A DNA stretch of 64,000 bases from Tubulanus polymorphus (taxonomy: Eukaryota; Animalia; Nemertea). Below are positions 49,659-63,628 of this stretch, in pieces. The position numbers were made by a program, and so were the translations under genes. The stretch is from contig NC_134030.1 of assembly GCF_964204645.1 (NCBI RefSeq), positions 62,001 to 126,000 of the forward strand, read 5' to 3'. Numbering within the stretch: position 1 is the first letter of the stretch; each line of letters opens with the position of its first letter. The notes below the pieces were generated by a model that was given only the letters and a program-made list of their open reading frames with translations, did not search any database and was not told the origin of the DNA.

Positions 49659-52600
49659 CTCTCTGCTGCCACCAGACTTCAGCACAACTCATAAAGTCAG
49701 ATATTTATCACAAATCAAACATTTATTTGCTAAACAAACAAGCCCAATCCTGGGCTTCCACACTATTTGTCAAAGAAAATATTGATGAAAATGTAATACA
49801 AAATTAATTATCTATTTACAAATACTGGTAGGGATCAGCAGTATGACAGCCTCAGATTGTCACGAAGAGAGACAAATTATTATATTGAAATCTTTACATA
49901 ATATACTAATACATAAGAAACTAGTTTATATATTTTGATAATACAGCAGTTATGAAGAGTGAGACTTAAATGATTATTGCAGTATCTATATACGGGGTAA
50001 CAGATTTGTCTGAATTTGTCTGAATTTGGCGTGCATATTTTTAACCGATCATCCGCTCCGCTAGCCATGAGGATTGCGTGAGGGTGAAAGTATTAATATT
50101 CTGACACTCAATACATTTTTTTCCTTACACTTTCTAAACTTCCTTCCGCGAAGCGACGCCTAAGGATGGCTTAATGTCGACGAACGCAACCGGCCGGATA
50201 ATCGCCGATCAGCGCCACATAACCTCAGCGTTTTTAAACTTCCAAGCATTTTCAAACTTCAAAAGAAAAGATGCCATTGACCGCAATTCAAGAATGGCCA
50301 GTGACCTACCTGCGATACCTTTTGAAATCATTCCCCGAAGCTTTTGCTATCGGTGATGCAACCAATCACCGGCTACGAATTTTAAGGGGGTCAGCTAAAA
50401 ACTGGTGGGCGCTCCTACAAGTTGTCATTACACTTGGAAATTCTACACGGCGAAGAAGTCTCTGTCGCTGGATATTTGCTCAGATAGGACACGTTTTAGA
50501 AAAAGAGAATTTTCATTAGATTGTAACAAACGCAGCTGAGCTGATAAACTATTTGTTATAAATACAACTGGATTTTGGCAACAGGACACGGAATTTAAAA
50601 ATGACTTTAAGATTGACTCTTAAATAAAAGGATTACATTTTCAAAATGCTGCTTCATCCGCGTTACAAGGTTGCTGTAAGGTAGGTGGAACATTTATTTA
50701 ACATTAGCGGTCGAAATTATGTTTTATAGATTTAGGAAAAAATAGTTGCACTTTAGGTTAGGGTTAGGTTAGGTTTAATTAACAGGTACCGGTACCCAGT
50801 GTTACAGCTTCATGGAAGATACAACAGACTCGCTTACTGATGGAAAACAAGAGCGGTCCGAATTGAATAAGGTAGGACATATTTAAGCGTGGACTTGTCA
50901 ACTAGAGTTGATACGTCCATGATTTCAGTGAGAAGAAAAAGACCCCCCGGGCCACAGAAGATCGAACCCGAAGTTGAATGATGATGACAGAGTGGCTTGA
51001 AAAAATTCAGGTGCGACTTGTATGACATGTCTAATAGTTCTTGTAGATAAATAGAATTGATAGAATTTATGTTAGTTCTAACTAGTTATTTGACCCCCAA
51101 TTAAAACATAATTTCAACCGTTAATTCTTAGGTATTTTGAATATATTTCACAATTTTCCAGCGCCCCCCGCCCTCACCCCCTCCCCTTAAAACGAAGCTT
51201 GAGGTAGGATGAGGAATTGACGATTTGGACTTGACAACTTTTTTCTACATAATAGAAACTACATAAACGTTAACACATGTAGAGCTAGGGGGGGTTGGAC
51301 TATTAACCCCTCAAAACACATACAGATAACAGTGATACAAATATAAAACAATAGACAAATTTACACTTATACAATATTACGCATTAAAATGATAGAATTA
51401 AATTTTTCACGCGCCATTTTATTTTGAAGTCTCATCTCGCGCCATTTTATTTTGAAGTCTCATCTCGCGCCATTTTATTTCGAAGTCTCATCTCGCGCCA
51501 TTTTATCGCGCATCCCAGATACATCACTTATTTTGTTGTTCTGTAATTAATCATATATCAACTCACTCAGTTTTGTATTGTAATATATGTATTGTAATAT
51601 GTATTGTATTATGTATTGTACCATGTATTGTACCATGTATTATATTATGTATTGTACCATATATTGTAATATGTATTGTACCATGTATTGTATTATGTAT
51701 TTGTAATTACTCTTCTCACTCGGTTCTCTCTAATTAGTGTCAGTCTGCCTATAAATACTGATTAGTAGCGAAAGCTTGTGCGTCAAATAAACCTATATTG
51801 TATACTTATACTTGTCTCTTGTCTCGTTATAATTATTCTAAACCCGGTTTATACCCCAGGCTCCTCTACGGAATAAGGGAACATCGTGTTTTAATTCCCG
51901 ATTCGGACCCACTGTCGCAGCCTTCGTCAGTGGACACATGACAACTCGGGCTGGATTCGAACCCTTGAAAGCAGCAGGCCCATTTCTCTTGGACATTGAG
52001 GAAATCTTCTAAGACTAAGATTCGATTTTCAGCCTTCTTTGACGAAGAGAACTTCAGTGAGACAATACTCAGAATTCGAACTTGTGGAATGAACCTGTTT
52101 TGGAATTTTCTGCGAAAGCTTCATTTTTTTACTAGAGGAAAATAAATCAATTTCATATCGGTAACTATTACGACGAGTAATAGGAAATATTGTGCCGAAA
52201 TTGAGAGTATTGAAACAAACACAGCTAACCTACACGGCTGTCTGGAATCAATTGTTTCGGGATGAAAAATTTGCAGAAAATTCCGAAACATTTTCATTCC
52301 ATCACGAGGAGACTGAAATTGACTGGTGACCCACGTCGTACGCTGGGCGAACTTTGGTTATCGGAGTTAGTCGCGAATATAGTCGAATTAAGTGAAACCG
52401 AATTAAAGTTAGTCGGAACCATATTCTGGAAATAGTTCGGAAATAAAGCGCATTCGGTTATTAGTTCCCTAGTCGACTAGATACGAGAACTGAATTTGGC
52501 CCTAACTGAGGAACTAGGATTCTGACCCGGCGGACACGACCATCAGCCAGGAACAAGATAGTCCCGACCAGTCTGACCAGTGGTCGGCGGATGAGAGAGG

Positions 52601-52727
52601 ATTAATGTACAAGGCAAGCAACATCGGAGCCTCGCTTGGAAGGTTTCCACTGAAGGCGCTGCGATGCGCCAATCTCGGTAAGTGGACTTTATAAGAATAA
52701 CATGACACTAAACGCAGACGCGAATTA

Positions 52728-53485
52728 GTGCTCATCGTAAGCGGAATTTTCACATAAATATAAGTCAACTCTGGCAAGCAAGGGTTACGGGTCTGCACGT
52801 CGATTGCCAGAGTTGACTTTAGTTAGTGTCAGGAAATCCCGCTAACGATGAGCATAGCGGCAGCACCGTACGGGCGGGACATTCTCTATTCGGCATCAGC
52901 ACCACACGAATCAGTATCAGTAATTACCGGGTTCGAACTCGGGACACGCCTGTACATCCTCTATACAGTATCAGGACCACTCTGAATCAGTATCAGTAAT
53001 TACTGGGTTTGTACCCGGGACACCCCTGTACATCCTCTATTCAGCATCAGGACCACTCTGAATCAGTATCAGTAATTACTGGGTTTGAACCCAGGACACC
53101 CCTGTACATGTAAAGATATCAACATTTTACCGTACGGTGCTGCCGCAATGCTCATCGTTAGCGGAATTTTCATACACTAACATAAATCAACTCTGGCAAG
53201 CAAGGGTTACGGGTCTGCACGTCGATTGCCAGAGTTGACTTTAGTTAGTGTCAGGAAATCCCGCTAACGATGAGCATAGCGGCAGCACCGTACGGTCGGG
53301 ACATTCTCTATTCAGCATCAGCATCACTCGAATCAGTATCAGCAATTACCTGGTTCGAACTCGGGACACCCTTGTACATCCTCTATACAGTATCAGGACC
53401 ACTCTGCATCAGTATCAGTAATTACTGGATTCGAACCTTGGACACCCCTGTACATCTTCTATTCAGCATCAGGATCACTCTGAAC
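52728..53485. mobile_element. Two tandem copies (period about 422 bp) of a composite hairpin plus 76-bp satellite element
   Basis: Imperfect inverted arms of about 70 bp around a 26-nt loop (53131-53295, and truncated 52728-52873), each followed by about 3 satellite units. Confidence 0.8.
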
Positions 53486-53897
53486 TATTTTGGTTATGTC
53501 TCCTCTAGGTGGCGGTTTTGGATATAATCGTCTCCTATAGGCGCCACTGTTTGCCCATACATAGCATAACATAAGAATTATTTTTTCTGATGAATTCATC
53601 AATTTTTAATTTTGCCAACTATTTTAACATTAATACAATTAGATTTAATTATCAATACAACTATATATACTGAACAATATCAATATCAGTTCGGTTGTTC
53701 GTTCATTGTTACCCCAACCCTCTTTATTCCACTCCCCCTTCTTTCACTGCACTGCACTCTCCCCTCTTAACTCCCCTCCCCTCTAAACTCCCCCCTACTC
53801 TCACAGCACTCCCCCTACAACCCCCCTACTCACACATAGATACAGATAGTTATATATAGATATATATATATATAAGTTAGTTTGAATTATTGATTAT

Positions 53898-55606
53898 TTA
53901 TTTTGTAGCTTCTTCAGTTGAAACGTCCAACATCAAATCAAAAGAGAACGGTTCGAACTTGTAACCTTGACCCGAATAGAACTTGTTCTGGAATTCGACC
54001 CTGCAAATAGAAAATACAAATCAGAATCAATTTCAATACGCGAGACACAGTAAGACACGAGACACAGTAAGACGCGAGACACAGTAAGACGCGAGACACA
54101 GTAAGACGCGAGACACAGTAAGACGCGAGACACAGTAAGACGCGAGACACAGTAAGACACGAGACACAGTAAGACGCGAGACACAGTAAGACGCGATGAT
54201 GACGTACCAGTGAAGACGTAATGTATGCAGGAACGCTGATAATCCTTCCATCAGTAATAAAACAGCTACAGTAGCAAGAGCCCAACACGGGAATATAGCG
54301 ATCATCAGAGGAGCTCCGATCCATCCATCCATTCCTAGCGGAATACGCATTACCATATTCCATAATACCTCCGATAATTCTATCAAAATAATACGAGACA
54401 CTTCTTGAGATATCAGAATTTAAACTGATATATAAGAATTTAAACTGAGATATCATTGTTTGGATTCTAATATCTCGTGTTAAACAGAGATATCTGAATT
54501 TAAACCGAGATATCATAATTCAAATTGAGATATCATTACTTGAACTGAGATATCAGAATACAAACCGAGATATCAGAATTCAAACTGAGATATCATTACT
54601 TGAACTGAGATATCAGAATACAAACCGAGATATCAGAATTCAAACTGAGATATCATTATTTAACACGAGATATCAGAATTCAAATTGAGAAATCAGGATT
54701 TAAAGTGAGAAATCAGGATTTAAATCGACATATCAGATGAGATATTTTTACTTACGAGCGTGAGCTAAACTCAAAGCCCACAGACGCAGGTACGATGCTG
54801 TATTTGAAATACATCCCAAACAGTATTCAATAGTATGAATACATTGATGAATGAATACTTCACCGAAATCAAACTAAAAACAAAACAAATATTTAAAATC
54901 AGTTTCAATAAGAAAACAACTAAACTCAATGAGTTTAACAGCTGTATCCGATTATACGCTAGCTATTTAACTCAATGAGTTTAACAGCTGTATCCGATTA
55001 TACGCTAGCTATTTAACTCAATGAGTTTAACAGCTGTATCGGATTATACGCTAGCTATTTAACTCAATGAGTTTAACAGCTGTATCCAATTATACGCTAG
55101 CTATTTAACTCAATGAGTTTAACAGCTGTATCCAATTATACGCTAACTATTTAACTCAATGAGTTTAACAGCTGTATCCGATTATACGCTAGCTATTTAA
55201 CTCAATGAGTTTAACAGCTGTATCCGATTATACGCTAGCTGTTTAACTCAATGAGTTTAACAGCTGTATCGGATTATACGCTAACTATTTAACTCAATGA
55301 GTTTAACAGCTGTATCCGATTATACGCTAGCTATTTAACTCAATGAGTTTAACAGCTGTATCCGATTATACGCTAGCTATTTAACTCAATGAGTTTAACA
55401 GCTGTATCGGATTATACGCTAACTATTTAACTCAATGAGTTTAACAGCTGTATCCGATTATACGCTAGCTATTTAACTCAATGAGTTTAACAGCTGTATC
55501 CGATTTTACGCTAACTATTTAACTCATCACAGATTGCCCTAAATTCCTACAACCATCAGAATACAACAACCCGATATATACAGGTTTAATAATAATACCG
55601 TAATAA

Positions 55607-55640
<34 letters not shown>

Positions 55641-58600
55641 GCCCTCAGAGCACTTTAACTTTCCATTAAATAGCTCTATAATTACCCCCAACCTACATAT
55701 ATAGATCTATATATACACTATGTACATACTTCTATTGGATGATTTTCCTTTAGGTGAGACACCTATTGTAACAAGTAGAAACTAAATTTATTCATAAATT
55801 TCTTAAGGAATCTTAATTCATTGAGAATGATTTACAATATTAAGAGAGAAAGTGCAAGAGGAAAGTGGAAATAGTGAAGATCCATCTTCCACAGTGGAAC
55901 ACACAGTGCGGTACCCTCTACCCTTCCACAGTGGAACACACAGTGCGGTACCCTCCTTCCCTTCCACAGTGGAACACAGTGCGGTACCCTCCTTCCCTTC
56001 CACAGTGGAACAATTGTACCCCCTTCCCTTCCACAGTGGAACACAGTGCAGTACCCTCCTTCCCTTCCACAGTGGAACACAGTGCGGTACCCTCCTTCCC
56101 TTCCACAGTGGAACACACAGTGCGGTATCCTCCTTCCCTTCCACAGTGGAACACACAGTGCAGTACCCTCCTTCCCTTCCACAGTGGAACACACAGTGCG
56201 GTACCCTCCTTCCCTTCCACAGTGGAACACACAGTGCGGTATCCTCCTTCCCTTCCACAGTGGAACACACAGTGCGGTACCCTCCTTCCCTTCCACAGTG
56301 GAACACACAGTGCAGTATCCTCCTTCCCTTCCACAGTGGAACACACAGTGCGGTACCCTCCTTCCCTTCCACAGTGGAACAATTGTACCCCCTTCCCTTC
56401 CACAGTGGAACACACAGTGCGGTACCCTCCTTCCCTTCCACAGTGGAACAGCAGTAAGCCCTCATACAGACAATTCTATTCATTAGTGATTAACAACAAG
56501 CTACACTTAACACACAGCAGAGAACCATGCACTAACCCCCCTTTAATCCCCCAAAACTAACCCCCCACCCTATACACCCCCTACTTTGTATTACTAAACC
56601 CAACAAAAGCAGTATACCCACCGCCCCCCCTCGGTAGAGACCCTCAATATTACAACATCAATAGTGTATTACTAAACCGAACTAAAGCGGTATACCCCCC
56701 CCCTCGGTAGAGACCCTCAATATTACAACATCAATAGATAGACAATAAAAGTTGGAGTTGGACGGTTAGATTCACCTCTTCTACTTCCTGTTGTTCATTA
56801 AATCCTGATTCAACTTCTTTATTCAAATCACCATCGACAGAAATATCACCAGAATTCACCGATAGATGAGGCAGCTGTCAATCAATCAAAATAATCAAAT
56901 TCTAATCACGCCCCCTTCTTAATTAACATGTGTTAGAAGAGAGGTAGACCGGGAGAGGGAGGGGGGGCTGGACGGGACGAGTAGTAATTAGTTAGAAGGC
57001 CCTACACCAGGTGGCAGCATGAGCCGGTACAAGCGGTTATAAACTGTATATAGTTTACAGTAGTTACAGAACGCACTATAAACAATTGTGACGATTTCAT
57101 CGCTTGTCAACAATTGTTGCTAATGGCGACTGTAACCACTGTAAGATGATGCTGATGATCACCTCCTCTTCATCATCCTCCTCTATCAACACTGCTCCCG
57201 TGTCGTCGTGGTGAATCACCGCGTCGGTCGTCATGGTTTCCCGATGTCCGTTCACCGGCAGTCGTCGCTATTCAGAAAATATTACAACAATCAAAATTCA
57301 ATCAATATTCATTAAAAAACAACCGTAAATTCTGCGACAACTTTTGAAAATAACTGAAAAATAATGAATAGTTTTAATATTGAGGAGCTGTGAAACCTGA
57401 GAGGGAGGCGGGGAGTTCAGAGGGAGGGGAGGAGGGGGGTCGAGGATTCTTAGTAGATATACAAATACGTTAACGTAAAATACACAGCTATTTCATATTT
57501 AAACAGCAGCGGCGGCCATCTTGGATCATGTGAAACCATTGAGCAATGATATTAACCGTGATGTAATTCAAAATGGCCGCCGCTGCTGCTGCTGTGAAAT
57601 ATGTATACATACAACCGATTTCACTGTGTTTACAATTTCATGTTTCAATAATTTGTTAAATAGATTTAGATTCAATTGTGAAAACTAGTTTTTATACTTT
57701 AAAATAATCAAGAATTCTACCTTTCATATTATTTAAATTGAATATTGAAAACAATGTTTTTGCGGAAGGGACCCGCTGCGACTAACCTGAACTCTGTTCT
57801 TGTGAAGATGTCTCAGATAGAATGGTTTAATAAGTAACATCCACGGAATACAAGCTAATGCTAACATCACGAGAAATGTTTGAACTCCTTGTTGAGCCTT
57901 ATAGAAAGGTCGAATAGCCGGAGCTGCCGGTGGTGTGGGATATTTAAACAGAAACATATTGATCAAATCTGTAAAATACAAGAAATTAATCTTGAGTTAG
58001 AAACAGTACAGTTCAATCAGCAGCCCGGAGCCACCCACTCAGACTATCTGCAGCATGGAGCCACCCTTTCAGACTATGCTATGCAGCATGGAGTCACTCC
58101 TTCAGACAATCTACAGCATGGAGCTACCCCTTTAGACAATCAGCTGCCTGGAGCTACTCCTTCAGACAATCAGATGCATGGAGCCACCCATTCAGACTAT
58201 CTGTAGCATGGAGCCATCCCTTGAGCCAATCTGCCAAATGGAGCCACCCCTTGAATGCTGATAATTAGATTGCTTACCGATCAATAGACTGGGTGCATCG
58301 TAGGAGTTGTCACCGCTGTAAGCTATCCACTTATAGAATATCAATACAACCAAATAACCAAATATTGCCAACAGAAATATCACTTGTGGAATAAATTCAC
58401 AAAATAAATTCAATCTGTTGCGGAAGTATCTGAAATAAACAAACAATTCATTAATTTTATTTGAATTGATCTGCGCTAGTTTAATTTCATTATTGTGTAT
58501 GGGGGGCATCTCATGAGGGTGTTTGGGTAGATTGAGGGGGCATCTCATGAGGGTGTATGGGTAGATGGAGGGGGCATCTCATGAGGGTGTATGGGTAGAT

Positions 58601-61600
58601 GGAGGGGCCATCTCAATACGTACCTGTGATTAAAGGCGCTCAATATAACACCGAACAACATTTGAGTGATTCCAAAAATTACTGAAATCTTCATTTTAAA
58701 CGAATTCAAAAATGTGATCTTATTGCTCGCTAGTTGCCATGCCTACAATATATAGAATAAAACGATGAATCAGTCAGGGGTAGGTGTACACATCACCGGT
58801 CAGGGGTAGGTGTACACATCACCGGTCAGGGGTAGGTGTACTTATCACCAGTCAGGGGTAGGTGTACACATCACCGGTCAGGGGTAGGTGTACTTATCAC
58901 CGGTCAGGGGTAGGTGTACACATCACCGGTCAGGGGTAGGTGTACTTATCACCGGTCAGGGGTAGGTGTACACATCACTGGTCAGGGGTAGGTGTACATA
59001 AACTTACAGGGTCTAATCCGAATGGGTAAGGAGACCCGGTACTGTAAAAACCGGCTTTAGAATTCGGACTCATCGTTAAACTCCGTAGATTAGGATCCTT
59101 CAAAACGCTCATCCTGAAAATAGTCATAACCGAGTTAAAACGCGGGTCGGTGTTTCGATCCGGGAACGAGTCCGGGAATGTATACGTACGTGTAATTAGG
59201 AGACCAAGCGGAACCGAATATATTAAACGATTTCGAGAATATATCGTTGTACATCATTCCAGAATAAACTGAGAATATTCCCATCAATAGAATTATATAC
59301 CGGCCTCCAAAAAACATCTTCCATATCTACAATATCAACAACAGCAACATAATCAGCAGGTGGCGCCACTTACTAATTCAAGGAATTCCTGGTTTAAAAT
59401 TTCATGACTCATCTACTGATAAACAAACGTGTGGTCAATAACATATCAGAAATTCTTCGAGTTTATCAGCTTTGTCACAAAATTTGTCAAATTCCCTCAT
59501 TTTCCCCCCTGATTTTCCTGATTCTCTGAGTTTTAAAGGTTTTCCAGATCAAGGGCCAACCTGAACAGCATCAACATCAACAATCAGAATAATTCATCAT
59601 TGATTTATCATTTCAGTTCAATAATTTCTATTTTTTTACCTCATCGTCAATTTTTTTAGCCATCAATGATTTTTCCTTGACGACCATCCACAGTCCGAAC
59701 AGAAACATGATAAACCCGTGACCGGTATCACCGAACATCACAGAGAACAGGAACGGGAACGAGATTATCGTAAATAATGCTGCAAAATATTCAAACGATG
59801 CATGATATATCGATATAATACATGATATATCGATATAATACATGATATATCGATATAATACATGATATATCGATATAATACATGATATATCGATCTAATC
59901 CATGATATATCGATATAATCCATGATATATCGATATAATACATGATATATCGATATAATCCATGATATATCGATATAATACATGATATATCGATATAATA
60001 CATGATATATCGATATAATCCATGATATATCGATATAATCTATGATATATCTATATAATACATGATATACCGATATAATACATGATATATCTATATAATA
60101 CATGATATATCGATATAATACATGATATATCGATATAATACATGATATATCGATATAATACATGATATATCGATATAATACATGATATATCGAGATAATA
60201 CATGATATATCGATACAATACATGATATATCTATATAATACATGATATATCAAGATAATACACGGTATATCGATATAATACATGATATATCGATATAATA
60301 CATGATATATCAAGATAATACACGGTATATCGATATAATACATGATATATCCAGATAATACACTGTATATCGAGATAATATATGATATATCCAGATAATA
60401 CACGGAATATCGAGATAATATATGATATATCCAGATAATACACGGAATATCGAGATAATATATGATATATCAAGAAAATACATGGTATGTCGAGATAAAA
60501 CATGATATATCAAGATGAAGAACATTATATTTAGAAATTACATGATATAACGAGATAAAGCGAAGAATATCAAGATGATATCAAGATACTGTGATATATC
60601 GAGATAACACGTGATATGATGAGATAATGAGATGATATATGCGGCAGAACTAACCCGGATTAGCTTCTCGATAATTAGCCACACCATACGCGTCTATGAT
60701 ATTCTGAAACGCCTCAGTTAGTTTATTAGTGCGATGATACGTCGGTGGGTCCTGTTTAGTGATCATTCTATTCAGAATCGACGGCACGCTACTACCACTC
60801 CTCTCCTAGAACAATCAGTATCATAGCAACTATAAACACTGAACGATCGGCGTAACCTATAGCGACGACAATACTAACCGTTCCGCGACGTAGAGCCAGT
60901 TGTATTTTATCGAGGTCAGACACGGCGCACCAGCATTCAGCGATTAGACATTTCTGAGTAACGTCTAAATTAAACATGTTCAACGTGTGATAGATCGCTT
61001 TAATCTTACGCACTTTAATGAACCATACTTTAATATTCTTAGCAGCCGCGACCAGAACTCTGTGTCGATGATCCTGAGTCTGTCCTAATACCTGTTATTA
61101 CATACATATATACCGGTATAATCCTATAGTTAAATATACACCGGTAGTATTCTGATAGTCCTGGTTTAACTTACAGTGTTTAAATCATCAATTCTAGTCA
61201 TTACTCCGACAGCCATCTCCCTGCGTTCAGCGGGCGTCTCCGGGCACGGGTACAGTGTAGCACGGAATCTATTAATATCAACCAATCAGATAAAGAGAGG
61301 AATATTCAACCAATCAGATCGAGAGAGGAATATTCAACCAATCAGATCGAGAGAGGAATATTAAACCAATCAGATCAAGAGATCAGATATCAAACTCACC
61401 CCTCACAGATTTTCTTGACTCGTGTTTTTAATTGATCTCCTTGGAAGAAGATGATGAATACAGATTTCCTCACTTCCTCACCGGTGACCGGGTCCTCTAA
61501 CGGTGTATCAATCTCAGCCTGTTTCAGGAACACGTTACCTCTACACGCCCTCCATAACATCCTCTCAAACGCCGGTAACCTCTCTCTATGTATCACCCCG

Positions 61601-62774
61601 GCAACAAAACTACAAACCAACAATACCAATCATCCATAGCAACGGTACGACAAACTGATTTGAATACAAATAAGACAGCGGGCCTCCTGTAGATACACCA
61701 CTAACACTGTATATAAGTACCACACACTATTGATTACACCCTCGAGGGGTATCCCCCATTAGTCCATCGAGGGGTATCCCTCATTAAACCCCTTGAGGGG
61801 TATCCCCTCATTGAACTCCTCGAGAGGTATCCCCTCATTAAATCCCTCGAGAGGTATCCCCTCAATCGCCATCGAGGGGTATCCCCTGATAAAACCCCTC
61901 CAGGGGTATCCCCTCATTAAACTAATTAGTCCATCGAGGGGTATCCCTCATTAGTCCATCGAGTGGTATCCCCTCATTAGTCCATCGAGGGATATCCCCC
62001 TCATTAGTCCATCGAGTGGTATCCCCTCATTGAACGAAGTCCCCCTGAATGAAAAGAGGGTGATTGGTCTAATTGAAAGGCTTACCCGAACCGTACAGGA
62101 CCTGTAGCTTGTTGTAATTCTATTACATCTTGATTTATCAGTATTTCATGCGCGTCCTCTGATAGTGTCTGCTCTTGCTAATAATAGCAACAAAAATATA
62201 TATATATATATATATACCGCTAGCGAGCGATCAATAATATTGATTATTGTGGTAGTGTGTCAGGGTACGGGTAGGTGGCGCATGCTGCTATAATCTCTTA
62301 AACTAACACCGGGTATAAATGTAGATGTTCTGGTGTTTTCTATATTGTTAGAACACACATAAAAAACGTGATTTATATTTTACTCCAGGATTATTGTTTA
62401 TAGTGCGTAAAGAAATGAATTATAAAATTAATTGAATTTTAATAATCAGAAAAAAATGTCAACCACCGAAAAAAACGAAGCACAATTTAAAACAATCATT
62501 CACTCCCTCCCCTCCTCCTCCTGACCCCCTCCCTCATAACACTCCTTCCTCCCTTCTGACACTCCCTCCTGACACTCCCTCCTCCCTCAATATATCAGTG
62601 TGATACTTATACACAGGCAGGTGGGGCGCCATCTACAGTCGATGTTTATAATTAATTTGCTCCTCACCCGAGACGTAACGCTTGTCCACCGGCGCGTAAA
62701 CCTTCCTCGCCTAGCAACCCGACATTCTCTTCAGTCATTGTTGGATCGTGCATTGCCTGATGATGTAATTCAGC
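53898..62774 (-). CDS. ATP6V0A1: V-type proton ATPase 116-kDa subunit a, 3' portion (5' exons lie beyond the window). Exons: alternative 62774-62668 or 62177-62086; 61609-61400, 61268-61175, 61091-60879, 60805-60655, 59779-59640, 59326-59190, 59113-59008, 58742-58624, 58429-58278, 57968-57787; alternative 57267-57163, 56874-56776, 55762-55730; 54873-54756, 54379-54208, 54000-53898
   Basis: [27 protein letters not shown]; [26 protein letters not shown]; [15 protein letters not shown]; [27 protein letters not shown]; [17 protein letters not shown]; [23 protein letters not shown]. The symbol indicates the a1-like family member. Confidence 0.95.
54040..54740. repeat. 17-bp array (54040-54195) and degenerate 20-bp array (54400-54740) in V-ATPase introns
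   Basis: GCGAGACACAGTAAGAC; AAACTGAGATATCAGAATTC-like units. Confidence 0.88.
54924..55526. repeat. 46-bp tandem repeat, about 13 copies
   Basis: AACTCAATGAGTTTAACAGCTGTATCCGATTATACGCTAGCTATTT. Confidence 0.96.
55888..56450. repeat. 35-37-bp minisatellite
   Basis: TTCCACAGTGGAACACACAGTGCGGTACCCTCCTTCCC. Confidence 0.95.
58773..58998. repeat. 26-bp tandem repeat
   Basis: CAGGGGTAGGTGTACACATCACCGGT. Confidence 0.95.
59802..60640. repeat. 20-bp AT-rich quasi-palindromic repeat that decays towards 60640
   Basis: CATGATATATCGATATAATA. Confidence 0.95.
61740..62030. repeat. Degenerate minisatellite with palindromic core
   Basis: GAGGGGTATCCCCTC core. Confidence 0.85.
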
Positions 62775-62941
62775 CTAGTGTGAACAAACATGGCAACCCC
62801 CGTTTATTAATCAACAATCTCTGTTATATATTTGACCCGTCCCTACAGCTTACTGTCTCACTGTGAGAGTCAGTGTCAGTGAGTGAGTGAGTGGTGCATT
62901 TAAAAACACATGCAAAACATTATACAACAACTCACACTAAT

Positions 62942-62992
<51 letters not shown>

Positions 62993-63628
62993 ATATATCA
63001 GTTTGAAATACCAGATATGGCAGTTTGAGATATCAGTTCAAAATATCAGATATATCAGTTTTGTAGACATGTATTGGATACGTATTGCACTTAGAAATAT
63101 CAGATATATTCGTTATAAATATCAAATGGACACTGAAGATGTCTATTAGTTCATTAGCTAGCATTAAGTGTTAAACAACTTCAGGTTTAAATCAAGTCCC
63201 AAGTTTTTTTGGTGCATGAGAAAACAGTCACTAAATAAAGCAAGAAATGGTTAAAAGACATGAATATGTACAAAGCAGATACAAATATTAATATATATAT
63301 ATATAAATACATAAGCAATGAACCAAATAAACCATCACGATCCAGTTACACACTGTTCCGAATTACGAATTAACTCATTAAAAATGAAGAGTTAACTCTT
63401 TAAACTCTTTTAACTGTGGAACTGGAACCTGAGAAATAAACCACTAATATAAATATTATACAAATTATCATAATTCAATTGATTTTATTTAAATTTGTTA
63501 TAATTAAAGGTTATAGATGTTACAAACCTTTAGAAACAGAGTTTAGAGAATTCAGTGAAATATAAAATAGAAACACCAGAACATTGACAACTAAGAGGCT
63601 GATAATGGATTATCAATAAGCTACTGAG

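Noticed and set aside
50100-50520. Short coding-looking ORFs in the Cut8 to V-ATPase interval
   Set aside because: Stops in all frames, no recognisable domain and no consistent splice chain
51540-51860. Possible solo LTR (TG start, TATAAA, AATAAA, CA end)
   Set aside because: No matching target-site duplication, primer-binding site or second LTR could be identified
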